Assembly (NCBI GenBank): GCA_964608955.1
Contig: CAZSQC010000001.1
Coordinates: forward strand, 6,959-64,371
Origin: an uncultured Planctomycetales bacterium
Lineage (GTDB): Bacteria > Omnitrophota > Gorgyraeia > Gygaellales > Profunditerraquicolaceae
Direction of reading: 5' to 3'
DNA length: 57,413 nt
Below are positions 36,959 to 46,159 of this stretch, in pieces. A program made the translations under genes and the position numbers. Below the pieces are notes generated by a model that was not told the DNA's origin, made no database searches, and worked only from the letters and a program-made list of their open reading frames with translations. Within the stretch, counting starts at the first letter, position 1. Each line of letters begins with the position of its first letter.

Positions 36959-36984
36959 AAGGCTCTTTCTGTTTCAAGAGCCTT
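36959..36984 (-). terminator. terminator-like hairpin in the 5' leader, ending 11 nt before the ATP-grasp start codon
   Basis: AAGGCTCTT (36959-36967) and AAGAGCCTT (36976-36984) form a 9-bp perfect stem with an 8-nt loop. On the minus strand it is followed by TTTTGTAGAAT then ATG. No Shine-Dalgarno is visible. Confidence 0.45.
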
Positions 36985-37060
36985 AAGAAAATTCGTTTAT
37001 TGTCCAATTTTAGATTATTTCTCCTAAAAAATATGCCCTAAATATTGTATTTATATTATT

Positions 37061-37089
37061 TTTTTATCACAATATGTTGGTTTTGTCAA
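37061..37089 (-). promoter_or_regulatory. sigma70-like promoter upstream of the ATP-grasp/kamA string
   Basis: Minus strand reads TTGACA (37089-37084), a 17-nt spacer, then TAAAAA (37066-37061). The -10 is imperfect. Confidence 0.4.
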
Positions 37090-37143
37090 GAAAATTTTGA
37101 ATTTCCGGGATGTTTTATTGTCTGAAATTACCGACGAGAAAGG

Positions 37144-37881
37144 CTATTTATCAAATTCGATTTTTCCCCAGCTTGCAAGATTATTCTTAAAAATTATAAC
37201 AACTCCTAAAACACCTTTTATGCTACGGGCAAAATCCAGCGCACCTTTAATATCTTCTTTAGACTTTATGCGGTTACAGGTGGCGGTAGCTACGGCATCC
37301 GCAAGGCTGGTGCTTTTTGAGGTTATGACTACGCTGTCAGCACACCCGAAGTTCAACGAGTGCCCTACTGTCCCGGAAGAAGTACAGATCCCCAAAGGCA
37401 TATCTTTAGGTTTTACCTTTAAACAAAGTTTATTCCAGGATTTAGACCTCCCGGAATATATGCCGATTAATTTGGTTTTCCTGGATTTTAAGAAAATATC
37501 ACCGCCGTTCTCCACAATAACATCTTTATAACCATCTTTAATAAGATCTCTGCCTAACAGCTCAGCGATTGCTCCGGCCACCGTTGCCATCGGGCCGACA
37601 TTGGCCTTTTGGGCTTCCTGAGCCATATGGCGAACTATCAGAGGAGCGTTTAATTCGACGGGTATAGGCCGCAACGCCGACAAGAAGCGCGGATCCTTAT
37701 TAATGTATCTTTCTATCTGATAGCGGTAAAGCCTTATTTTATCTTCCGCAATACTTCTTTCCAGTTTTTTATTTGTAGTTATTCTTATATCGGTTTGATG
37801 CGCGATGATCTGCGTTACGTAAAGGTCCCTATCCCTGATCCAATCTCTGTAAAATCTTCTCTGATATTTGCTGGTTTTCAT
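37144..37881 (-). CDS. UPF0280 family protein (ApbE-related)
   Basis: 245 aa. RRFYRDW...VGPMATVAGAIAE...VIVENGGDIFL...GICTSSGTVGHSLNFGCADSVV matches the UPF0280 pattern. Confidence 0.75.
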   Translation of the reverse strand: MKTSKYQRRFYRDWIRDRDLYVTQIIAHQTDIRITTNKKLERSIAEDKIRLYRYQIERYINKDPRFLSALRPIPVELNAPLIVRHMAQEAQKANVGPMATVAGAIAELLGRDLIKDGYKDVIVENGGDIFLKSRKTKLIGIYSGRSKSWNKLCLKVKPKDMPLGICTSSGTVGHSLNFGCADSVVITSKSTSLADAVATATCNRIKSKEDIKGALDFARSIKGVLGVVIIFKNNLASWGKIEFDK

Positions 37882-37887
37882 AGAGTC

Positions 37888-38511
37888 CTAACTTAATAAT
37901 ACCCCTACATTAATTAAATCCTGCCTCAACTTATCAACGCCCTTGAAAACAAAACCGTTTATCCCTAAATTGTTAGCGCTTTCCACAAGCTCTTCCCTGT
38001 CATCAGTATAAAATATTTCATCCGGCAGAGCATTGAGTTCTTTTATAGCCTCATTATAAATAGATGCCTTAGGCTTAATTGCTCCCATTTTAAAAGAAGC
38101 AAAAACATTATCAAATATGCCGAATAAAGGAAAATTATAGTTTATGTAATCGTAGTGCAGTTTATTAATGTTGGAGAGTATCGCTATTCTATAATTTCTT
38201 TTCAAGCTATTTGCAATGGAAAAGGTAAAACGGTTTTTTGCGCTCAGGAAAAATACTTCGTTCCAGATAGAAACAAATGCTTCATACGAAATATTTAAAC
38301 CCAGTAGTTTCTGGATTCTTGAAAAAAACTCTTCCGGGGTAAGCTTGCCCTCTTCAAAAAGAGCGGTGATATCGGAACGCATAAGAATACTCACGATATC
38401 CTTTTCTTTTACTTGGCAAAAGTGGCTTATTCTTTTAACGGCAAAAGCATAATCCAAGTCTATAAGCACATTGCCTAGATCAAATAATACTACCTTTATT
38501 CCTTGAGACAT
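37888..38511 (-). CDS. HAD superfamily hydrolase (subfamily IA-like)
   Basis: 207 aa with motif I VLFDLGNVL and C-terminal ...YTDDREE. Confidence 0.75.
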   Translation of the reverse strand: MSQGIKVVLFDLGNVLIDLDYAFAVKRISHFCQVKEKDIVSILMRSDITALFEEGKLTPEEFFSRIQKLLGLNISYEAFVSIWNEVFFLSAKNRFTFSIANSLKRNYRIAILSNINKLHYDYINYNFPLFGIFDNVFASFKMGAIKPKASIYNEAIKELNALPDEIFYTDDREELVESANNLGINGFVFKGVDKLRQDLINVGVLLS

Positions 38512-39485
38512 TAATTATTTTTCTCGTCTGTTTTCTTAAAGAGATCAAGAAACCTGTCTTCATAATCTTTATAGACATTCCACTTATCTAGTTCTTTTTT
38601 TAATTCCGCCGCTTTGGAAATGTCTTTTTTTGACAAATTAAACAGCTCCTCAATCTTGCCCTTTACCGACAAGGGGAGTTTGGTAAGCTGGTTGAGCGAA
38701 CTTTTGATTTTTTCGATATCTTCTTCTCCTATCGGACCGGCCACCTGCGTTCCGATCTTAAGGTAATCAAGCAGCTTGTTGATTTCGCTTTCCATGCCGC
38801 GCGACTGTTCGGTCAACCCCGCCACGTCTATCTTTAATCCGATGATCCGCGAAAGTGCCCTTATTATTGCACAGGATGCCTTGGGATTTTCAATCTGTAT
38901 CGTATAAAGAGGTATTTCTCCCAAGAGGCAGAATCCTTCTAGCCCTTCTCTTTTTGCGATCCCCAAAAACAAGCCGTTCATCCCGCTTATGGCTCCTTCT
39001 GCCAACACATTGAAGTTAAATTTCTTAAGTCCCGCTATGATCCGCTGCGAAGTAGCAACACACCATACGGAGGGTTCCTGCGTATGATCTATCGCTTGTG
39101 GCATAGAGGCAAAACTTATTACGGTATCTACTTTAAATTGTTTCGCTACTTTTATAATCCTGCGCGAATATACATCCGCCCGCACCAAGTCCGGCTGTGC
39201 ATTACTTAAGAATATTATAATATCGTTTTTGGCTGTTTTATTCTTATAGTAATAAAACTTGCTTTGCGGTAATTCCGGGACGCTTAAAATACCCTGGTTA
39301 ACCAGGCCGCTAGTTAGATAAAAAAACTCCTCGGGGGGGATAGACGCAAACTCTTCGCATTTAAGCTGTTCTATTAAATAACTGGCGGTTTTAAAAGCAA
39401 CCTCTCCCATCCCCGGCCAGGCAACTATCATATAAGGTTTTCTTAATCTTGGTTTCTTGGTGAAAATTACATCTTCCATAAACAC
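38511..39485 (-). CDS. PAC2 (proteasome assembly chaperone 2-like) family protein
   Basis: 324 aa. LRKPYMIVAWPGMGEVAFKTASYL matches the family N-terminus. Has a coiled C-terminal tail. Confidence 0.6.
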   Translation of the reverse strand: MFMEDVIFTKKPRLRKPYMIVAWPGMGEVAFKTASYLIEQLKCEEFASIPPEEFFYLTSGLVNQGILSVPELPQSKFYYYKNKTAKNDIIIFLSNAQPDLVRADVYSRRIIKVAKQFKVDTVISFASMPQAIDHTQEPSVWCVATSQRIIAGLKKFNFNVLAEGAISGMNGLFLGIAKREGLEGFCLLGEIPLYTIQIENPKASCAIIRALSRIIGLKIDVAGLTEQSRGMESEINKLLDYLKIGTQVAGPIGEEDIEKIKSSLNQLTKLPLSVKGKIEELFNLSKKDISKAAELKKELDKWNVYKDYEDRFLDLFKKTDEKNN

Positions 39486-39486
39486 C

Positions 39487-40608
39487 TCAATTTTTATAAG
39501 TTAACAGAAACTGTTCCAGGGCTTTTGCCCCTTTGCAAATATTATCTATCTTTACATATTCATCGGCGGTATGCGCGCATTCGGATACTCCAAACCCGGT
39601 GGCAATAGCAGGTACGCCGTACTTCTTAAAAAAAGTCAGAACAGTTGCGCCCTCTGAACCTTTAATAAGAGGTTTAATACCTGCCTTTATAAAAGCTTCT
39701 TTTAAAATCAAAACCAGGTGCTCTTTTTGAGATACTAAGTAAGGTTCCTGCAACTCCTCGATTTCAACTTTGAATTTTCTTGTATATTTGCGAAGGTTTT
39801 TCTTTATTATATTTAATATTTCGCCGTGTTTTGTACCTGGCAAAAACCTGAAATCCGCCTCGCAGACACACCAGTCAGCTACTACATTAACCTTATCCCC
39901 TCCCCTGACGGTTCCGATATTAACGGTAGGCCCACTTAAATAAGAACTTCTCTTGCGATGAAAACTGAATCGTTCTGTGTCATTTATAAACTTTGCCATT
40001 ATGTTTATCGCATTTTCTCCGAGGTGCGGATAAGCCCCGTGCGCCTTCTTCCCCTTTATAGAAACTTTAACGTGTAAGAGGCCCTTCTGCGTAATTATAA
40101 TATGGAAATCATCGGCATCCAACACCAATGCCGCATCAGGATTAATTATTTTCTTTTCTAAAAGAGGCAGCAGCCCGAACCGCGATCCGCTTTCTTCGTC
40201 TGCCGTAGCGGCAAAGATTAGATTATATGACAAAGTTGCGCCTTTTTCAAGAATGCTGTTCAATGCTTCAAGAAAACAGGCGATATTGCACTTGCAATCC
40301 GTAGCCCCCAGGCCATAGATCCTGTTATTTATGACCTCCGCAGAAAAAGGGTCTATCTTCCAGCTCTTACCGGCAGGGACAGTATCCAGATGCGGCGTAA
40401 CGAGAAGAGTATGCCTGCCCTTGCCTTCTACATAAGCTAAAAGGTTAGAACGCCCTTTACTAAACTCGATAATTTCAGTTTCTACTCTTAATTTCTTAAG
40501 ATAACTACCAATAAATTCCGCAATCTGTTTTTCGCGGCCGGGAGGGTTTTCGGAATTAATTCTGATTAACTCCCGCATAAGATTAACTAATCTAGTACGT
40601 TTTATCAT
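39487..40608 (-). CDS. M20 family metallopeptidase (ArgE/DapE/ACY1-like)
   Basis: 373 aa. HLDTVP, GATDCK and ADEESG metal and catalytic motifs. Confidence 0.85.
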   Translation of the reverse strand: MIKRTRLVNLMRELIRINSENPPGREKQIAEFIGSYLKKLRVETEIIEFSKGRSNLLAYVEGKGRHTLLVTPHLDTVPAGKSWKIDPFSAEVINNRIYGLGATDCKCNIACFLEALNSILEKGATLSYNLIFAATADEESGSRFGLLPLLEKKIINPDAALVLDADDFHIIITQKGLLHVKVSIKGKKAHGAYPHLGENAINIMAKFINDTERFSFHRKRSSYLSGPTVNIGTVRGGDKVNVVADWCVCEADFRFLPGTKHGEILNIIKKNLRKYTRKFKVEIEELQEPYLVSQKEHLVLILKEAFIKAGIKPLIKGSEGATVLTFFKKYGVPAIATGFGVSECAHTADEYVKIDNICKGAKALEQFLLTYKN

Positions 40609-41240
40609 CTCGGGCTAAGCGGACAAATTGAACACTTTGGTTTATTTTTAAGACAAAATTCTTTTCCTATCTTAACCAGAAGCGCATGGTATTCGTTAAA
40701 TATCCTGAAATCCTTTTTCAAGGACTTATTAAATAATTCCTGGGCTTCATCGTAAGTTGCGTTGTTTTTAATCATGTTATGGCGCGAAAATATTCGCTTA
40801 GTATAAGCATCAACCACAAAAATCGGTTTATTCAAAGCATAAAGCAATATTGAATCGGCGGTCTCGGGGCCGATACCGTTTACCGCCAATAAATCCCTGC
40901 GTAAATCGCCGGTTTTAACGCAAGACATCTTCCTGATATTGCCCTGATATTTACTGATAAAAAAATCCAGAAAGTTTTTTAAGCGTTTTGCTTTGATATT
41001 GTAATAACCCGCCGGCCTTATTATTTCCGCGAGCTTTCTTTGGGATAAGGCATGCATCTTAAGCGGCCTTAAAAGACTCTTTCTTCTTAAATTTTCGATT
41101 GCCTTTTCTACATTTTTCCAGCTGGTATTTTGAGTCAAAACAGCCCCTACCATAACCTCAAAAGGAGTTCTTGCAGGCCACCAGTTTTGAGGACCAAGCA
41201 ACCTTTTTGATTTTTGATAAAAAAATTTTACTCTGTTCAC
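40605..41240 (-). CDS. endonuclease III-related HhH-GPD domain protein
   Basis: 211 aa. HhH region LLAVNGIGPETADSILLYA followed by catalytic Asp. C-terminus C-x6-C-x2-C-x5 ends at the TGA stop. Confidence 0.8.
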   Translation of the reverse strand: MNRVKFFYQKSKRLLGPQNWWPARTPFEVMVGAVLTQNTSWKNVEKAIENLRRKSLLRPLKMHALSQRKLAEIIRPAGYYNIKAKRLKNFLDFFISKYQGNIRKMSCVKTGDLRRDLLAVNGIGPETADSILLYALNKPIFVVDAYTKRIFSRHNMIKNNATYDEAQELFNKSLKKDFRIFNEYHALLVKIGKEFCLKNKPKCSICPLSPR

Positions 41241-43180
41241 TATTTCAATTCCAGAGGGTTATAGTTAGAATAAGCAAAAAAAGTATAAGCGGTACCGGCA
41301 AGCGAACCGGTTGAATTCCCCTTAGGGGTAAACCACCCGTGACCTGTATCTACAAAATCTCCGGTAGCATAAGGCAGGCAACTCTCTCCCTGACCGGAAG
41401 GCGAAGGGCTTGAAATAATCATTTTTCCTAGAGAAGCAAGGTACTCTTCGGCTTTAACCCGGTACCCATGCGCCTTAGAAGACATTCCTTTTCTGGAATA
41501 AAAACTCTCCATAATCTTAAAAGATATAACCATCTGTGCCGTCCACTCGGAAGAAACAATCCCTCCTCTTCCAAGATGTCTCTTGGAAGCAAAATCAAAG
41601 CCTTTTATTTTTACAGTTTTTCCTTCCGGGCGCAAATAATCAACCTCAACCGAACAATTAGCTTCGGCAAATTCCATTATCCTGTCAGGATTCATGCCAA
41701 TCCTCTCGAGCTTCTCGGGTCCTATTGCCGCTATAGACCAGGCATAAGTATCGGTGGCGATAGTGGAATCGCCCTTACCCCTCTTAATGGGAATATCGGT
41801 TTCATCATAGGTATGCTCCTTAAGCCATTCTAGCACTTTATCGGCTGCTTCGGCATATTTTGCCTTACCGGTTATCTTATGCAACATATTAAAGAAAGCA
41901 TAAGCATCGAGATTATGTTCGGTAGAATACCAAGCTACATCCAAGCCTCCGCGTATCCCTCCTTCTTTGTCCTGTAAAGCAATTACTCCTGCGGCTATCT
42001 CTTCTGCTAAGCTCAAATATATCCTGTTTTGCGTCTTATGGGTATACTGGGCAATTGCTATGCCTAACCAAATATTCGGCCCGCTATGCACAATATATTC
42101 GGCAGGCTCTCCATCATTCACATAGTAGGCATTAAAAAATAACCCCTCTTTTCTTTTTGCCTTACCCTTAAAGAAATCAAAAAGCTTATGCGTATTCTCA
42201 AAATCCGAAGAATTAGTAAAGGCCTGGCCGGCAAGCGACTGATCGTATATAAAAGCCCAGCTTCTTAACGAATTATCACCCTCGAAACTCATTACCAGGC
42301 CGGTCCGGGGATTCTGGTGAGCTTTCAACCATAAGTACATTTTATCCACATTTGCTTTTTCAAGGACGGCTTTCTTTTTATCAATGACCGCTGCCTCCTC
42401 TATGGCAAAACTTTCCTGGCGCTTAGCCATAAGAAGCTGCTCTTTCAAGCGTTCCAACTCTGAAGCAAGATTCTGTATAACAACATTCGACTCATTCAGC
42501 TTTTTGCCGTAATCAGTTAACTTTTCATCCTGCTGTTCAGAAAGGCTTCTTTTTAACTTCTCCTGTGCGATAAGCAGGTTTAATTCCTGCACTTTTATCT
42601 CTAAATCCTGCCTCTCCCTTGCGACGGAAGAAATCTTTTCTTTTGCAATCCTGGAATCCTGAATAACTCCTACAAGCTGCTGGACCAGCGCTTTATTACC
42701 GCTCATCAAGCGCATATTCAATATGCCGTTAGCCACCATGCCTAAGCTTAATAAAACTATAAATAAAAGGCTAACCGGAACAAGATTCTTTCTTACCCAG
42801 ACATAACGCATAATTTTTTGGTTCTGCTTTTCGTTTATCTTGTAATAAGAAAGCCCGACAAGGTATTTATTCGGCGTGTCAAAAACATTTCTCACCCAAC
42901 TAACATGGGCCTGTGCTATAACGGGCTTTTTGAATATAGGCAAGTCTATTTCAAGGCGGACTAGAAGCTGGCGCTTTTCAATAACCTTAACCAGAGAGAC
43001 ATCTAAATTATTAATGCTCAGGCAGATTCCGCCCCGGCTTATATTATTAGTAAAACCCTGCAGCCATCCCGAGAGAAAATGAACACCGTCTAAGCTTTCA
43101 AGACGAATCATTACCGGAAAAACGGTGTCTAAACGAACGTATCTTCTTTTATCTTGAAAAGCAGTATCTGTTGTCTGCAT
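41240..43180 (-). CDS. PilZ domain - TM - coiled coil - alpha/alpha-barrel-like C-terminal domain protein
   Basis: 646 aa. N-terminal RRYVR and NISRGG PilZ motifs, one TM helix, a roughly 120 aa coiled coil, and a C-terminal helical-repeat domain of uncertain family. Confidence 0.7.
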   Translation of the reverse strand: MQTTDTAFQDKRRYVRLDTVFPVMIRLESLDGVHFLSGWLQGFTNNISRGGICLSINNLDVSLVKVIEKRQLLVRLEIDLPIFKKPVIAQAHVSWVRNVFDTPNKYLVGLSYYKINEKQNQKIMRYVWVRKNLVPVSLLFIVLLSLGMVANGILNMRLMSGNKALVQQLVGVIQDSRIAKEKISSVARERQDLEIKVQELNLLIAQEKLKRSLSEQQDEKLTDYGKKLNESNVVIQNLASELERLKEQLLMAKRQESFAIEEAAVIDKKKAVLEKANVDKMYLWLKAHQNPRTGLVMSFEGDNSLRSWAFIYDQSLAGQAFTNSSDFENTHKLFDFFKGKAKRKEGLFFNAYYVNDGEPAEYIVHSGPNIWLGIAIAQYTHKTQNRIYLSLAEEIAAGVIALQDKEGGIRGGLDVAWYSTEHNLDAYAFFNMLHKITGKAKYAEAADKVLEWLKEHTYDETDIPIKRGKGDSTIATDTYAWSIAAIGPEKLERIGMNPDRIMEFAEANCSVEVDYLRPEGKTVKIKGFDFASKRHLGRGGIVSSEWTAQMVISFKIMESFYSRKGMSSKAHGYRVKAEEYLASLGKMIISSPSPSGQGESCLPYATGDFVDTGHGWFTPKGNSTGSLAGTAYTFFAYSNYNPLELK

Positions 43181-43181
43181 T

Positions 43182-45539
43182 TTAATCTCTTCTCTCCAGC
43201 ACTATCCTCTGTTTAATAGAACGAGCGAGATCCTCGGAAAATCTCTTAAAGCTATCATACTCCTGCCTTGAGATTACATTCTTTTTTGTTATGATCTTCT
43301 GACTGAAATAAATCTTGTTCTTAACCGCCGAATAACTTAAATCAAAAGAAAGCCAGGGGCTGTCAAATTTCATGCTTTCAGGTAAATATTTTACCACAAA
43401 GTTATCGGGAAATGCTATTTCAAAAACAAATTCCTTTGTATCCGAGAGCCCTAAATCAATCGGATACCTGCGCTTTTCTTTTATGTTGGCAGATATATCA
43501 AACCCCGAGAGCTGTGGCAAAATCCTCAAAAGCCCGGCCTTTGTGAAATATTCAGGGCCAATAAATTTATAACGCAAAATAACACTGCTGTTTAAATCAT
43601 GCAAATTGGATATACTATAATCTTTTATTCTGGCTCCTATTGAAATCCCTTGAGCCGTGGCCTGCAGCATATCTTTTATAATCTCGGGTTGCGTGTAAAG
43701 AAGCCAGAAGCGCTGTTTCTGGTCGTAGACTCCATAGGTAAAGTTATTCTTTTCTCCGGAAACAGACCCATCCTCATTTACCGAAATTTTTAACTCCTGG
43801 CGTACGGTATTATGCTCCGCTGGATAAAAAGAGGTGTTCTCTATTCTGAAATTATCGTCTTCAAAAACCAAAACCCCCCTCCCCTGGTCTCCGGAGGGAA
43901 GGTCTCCGAAAGAACAGGTTTCTGCAGTAGGATCAAGAAATATTTTTTTATTCCCTAAATATAACACCGCGATACAATGGTTAAATAACCCTGAAGGCAG
44001 CTGCGTATTCAGGTTGTAGTATTGTTTGGTCGGTATAAGTACAGGATAAGCCTTAAGCCCCGCCTCTCTTAGCATGGTTACCAAAAGGATTGCCTGGTCT
44101 TTGCAATCTCCGTACTTATTCCTTAATATCTCTGCTGCCGCATGCGGCTCATAACCTGCCTGCCCGTATTCCACTGCCACATAGCGTATCTCTTTTGCGC
44201 AAAAGTTATAGATCGCCCTTGCCTTTTCATAATCCGATTTATTTTTAGAAACAATTCTTTTTACGGTATCCTTGATTGCTTTATCGGATTTAATTTTGTC
44301 AAAGGAGAGCTTTTGCCACCATTTAAAAACCTCATTCCAATCTTTAAAAGTAGAAAATAAAAGCGTAGGATTAATTTCCGGATCCGGAGGCATACTCGGC
44401 TCAGGTATAATCTGCGGAATATTCTTAAACTCCCATTTGTAATTAACGTTTTCTTTATCTTCCTGCCTTAACGCGTCTAAGTTGGCGCCGAAATCATTGT
44501 ACTCTTCATTAAGAACGCTTACTTTTAGTTCTTGGTCCTTCGGGAAGGTAAGGGTAAACTTCGCTGACAAAACTGGTTCATAGGACTGTACCGGGTAACC
44601 TAGAAAGAAATCATCGGAATTTACTAACTGATTGCGTTTAATTCTCACTTTATACTCCAGGACAGATCCGTTAGCCACTTCCGGGAATGAGATTATAAAA
44701 ACGCGGGCATTACTATAGAGAGGAAAGTTAAGATACTTTGATACATCCCTAAGGTGCCGTGACCCGACGTAGACTACTTTTCCGTCGGGCTTTATAGTCC
44801 TCGCGTAAACGAGTTCGACTCTTTCAAATGTAGAATCATACTCTATGGCAGTCTCCGCAAAATTTTCCTTTCCGCGCTCATTTAATACTTTTATCAAATA
44901 ATGAAAGTCCGATTCCTGGGTGCGCTCAACGGTTATCTTAATTTTCTCGTCTGATAATAATACCAGGGCGCCTGCTTGGGGATAAAGCTTAGCATCCGGT
45001 GCGCTAAAAATTATTTCGGCTACTTTAGGATCCTCTTTTCTAATGTCTATTTCTTCCGAGATCCTTTGGATTTCTTCGATTTTCAAGGCGGCCTTATTCT
45101 TAAAATCCGTACTCTTGATTTTCTCATACGCCTTAACAGCCTGGGTGAAAAGATTTAATCTTTCGCAGGTCTCCCCGAGGTAATAAAGGGTCTCTTCATC
45201 GGGTTTAGATATTTTATTAAAGATATCCAGTGCCTCTCTGAAGTCCCCCGAACGGTAAGAAGAGAGTGCTAACAACTTCATTGCCTGTTCTTCTGTGGAA
45301 CCTTTAAGCACTTCAGTAACAAGGCCATAATTGCCTCTTTCAAAATAAAGACTTCCTAGCTCCAGACGGGCTTTTATATTACCGGGTTCTTTAGCTAACG
45401 TATCTTTATAGATGCTAATTGCCTTATTGTAATAATCACTGGCAGCCGTAAGATACTTCTGGGGTGTATTTTGATTATCTCCGGATGAACAGCCGAAAAT
45501 AAACAAAACGATCAGAATCTTTAAATATTTTATTGTCAT
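43182..45539 (-). CDS. lipoprotein with TPR region, DUF3857, transglutaminase-like core and DUF3858
   Basis: 785 aa. Lipobox LFIFGC, and YGDCKDQA is the transglutaminase-core Cys motif. Confidence 0.75.
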   Translation of the reverse strand: MTIKYLKILIVLFIFGCSSGDNQNTPQKYLTAASDYYNKAISIYKDTLAKEPGNIKARLELGSLYFERGNYGLVTEVLKGSTEEQAMKLLALSSYRSGDFREALDIFNKISKPDEETLYYLGETCERLNLFTQAVKAYEKIKSTDFKNKAALKIEEIQRISEEIDIRKEDPKVAEIIFSAPDAKLYPQAGALVLLSDEKIKITVERTQESDFHYLIKVLNERGKENFAETAIEYDSTFERVELVYARTIKPDGKVVYVGSRHLRDVSKYLNFPLYSNARVFIISFPEVANGSVLEYKVRIKRNQLVNSDDFFLGYPVQSYEPVLSAKFTLTFPKDQELKVSVLNEEYNDFGANLDALRQEDKENVNYKWEFKNIPQIIPEPSMPPDPEINPTLLFSTFKDWNEVFKWWQKLSFDKIKSDKAIKDTVKRIVSKNKSDYEKARAIYNFCAKEIRYVAVEYGQAGYEPHAAAEILRNKYGDCKDQAILLVTMLREAGLKAYPVLIPTKQYYNLNTQLPSGLFNHCIAVLYLGNKKIFLDPTAETCSFGDLPSGDQGRGVLVFEDDNFRIENTSFYPAEHNTVRQELKISVNEDGSVSGEKNNFTYGVYDQKQRFWLLYTQPEIIKDMLQATAQGISIGARIKDYSISNLHDLNSSVILRYKFIGPEYFTKAGLLRILPQLSGFDISANIKEKRRYPIDLGLSDTKEFVFEIAFPDNFVVKYLPESMKFDSPWLSFDLSYSAVKNKIYFSQKIITKKNVISRQEYDSFKRFSEDLARSIKQRIVLERRD

Positions 45540-45541
45540 GG

Positions 45542-46159
45542 CTAAACCCTGCTATCCGCTTGAAAGAGACTTAAGAATTCTCCGAAGGCTTTTATCCCGC
45601 TTACCTTTGCCATCTCTTTTAGTTTCAGGAATACGTCTACCGCCATTTTAACATCCGCCAATGCACGGTGCTGCTGAGGATATGTGATTTTAAGGTTCTG
45701 CGCTACAGAATATAAGGAATATTTATTAAGACCGGGCAGAATCTTTCTTGATATCTTCAAAATGTCAATAACCGAAGACTTACTTATTACTTCACTACCT
45801 ATAAGCTTTAGTTCATTATTTAAAAAATCTACATCGAAAGCAGCATTATAAGAGCAGAGGCAGCTCTGACCTACAAAATTCATAAATTCCGGGAAAACTT
45901 TGCGCGGGGAAGGCGAAAAATTTAATTCCTCCTGCTTTATTCCGTTAACCTTAAAAGCCCCCGGAGAGATATTTCTACCTGGATTAACCAGACTCTCGAA
46001 TATAGAGAGCTGCTTATCGCCTTTTATCCTTATCCCGGCTATTTCTACCACTCTATCTCCGGAAAAAACATCCAAACCGGTTGTTTCCGTATCAAATATC
46101 ACTAATTCTGTTTCATCAATAGAATTACCCATTCTTAATTCTTGCGCTGTAAGAAGCAA
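45542..46159 (-). CDS. DnaQ-like 3'-5' exonuclease
   Basis: 205 aa. Exo I VIFDTETTGL and Exo III HRALADV. The start may be the internal Met at 46132. Confidence 0.85.
   Translation of the reverse strand: MLLTAQELRMGNSIDETELVIFDTETTGLDVFSGDRVVEIAGIRIKGDKQLSIFESLVNPGRNISPGAFKVNGIKQEELNFSPSPRKVFPEFMNFVGQSCLCSYNAAFDVDFLNNELKLIGSEVISKSSVIDILKISRKILPGLNKYSLYSVAQNLKITYPQQHRALADVKMAVDVFLKLKEMAKVSGIKAFGEFLSLFQADSRV

Noticed and set aside
40605-40607. Genome-wide reassignment of TGA (code 4 or 25) as the explanation for the EndoIII stop
   Set aside because: Standard-code translation yields full-length, motif-complete proteins across the whole window. If TGA were a sense codon, many genes would appear fragmented under the standard code, and they do not.
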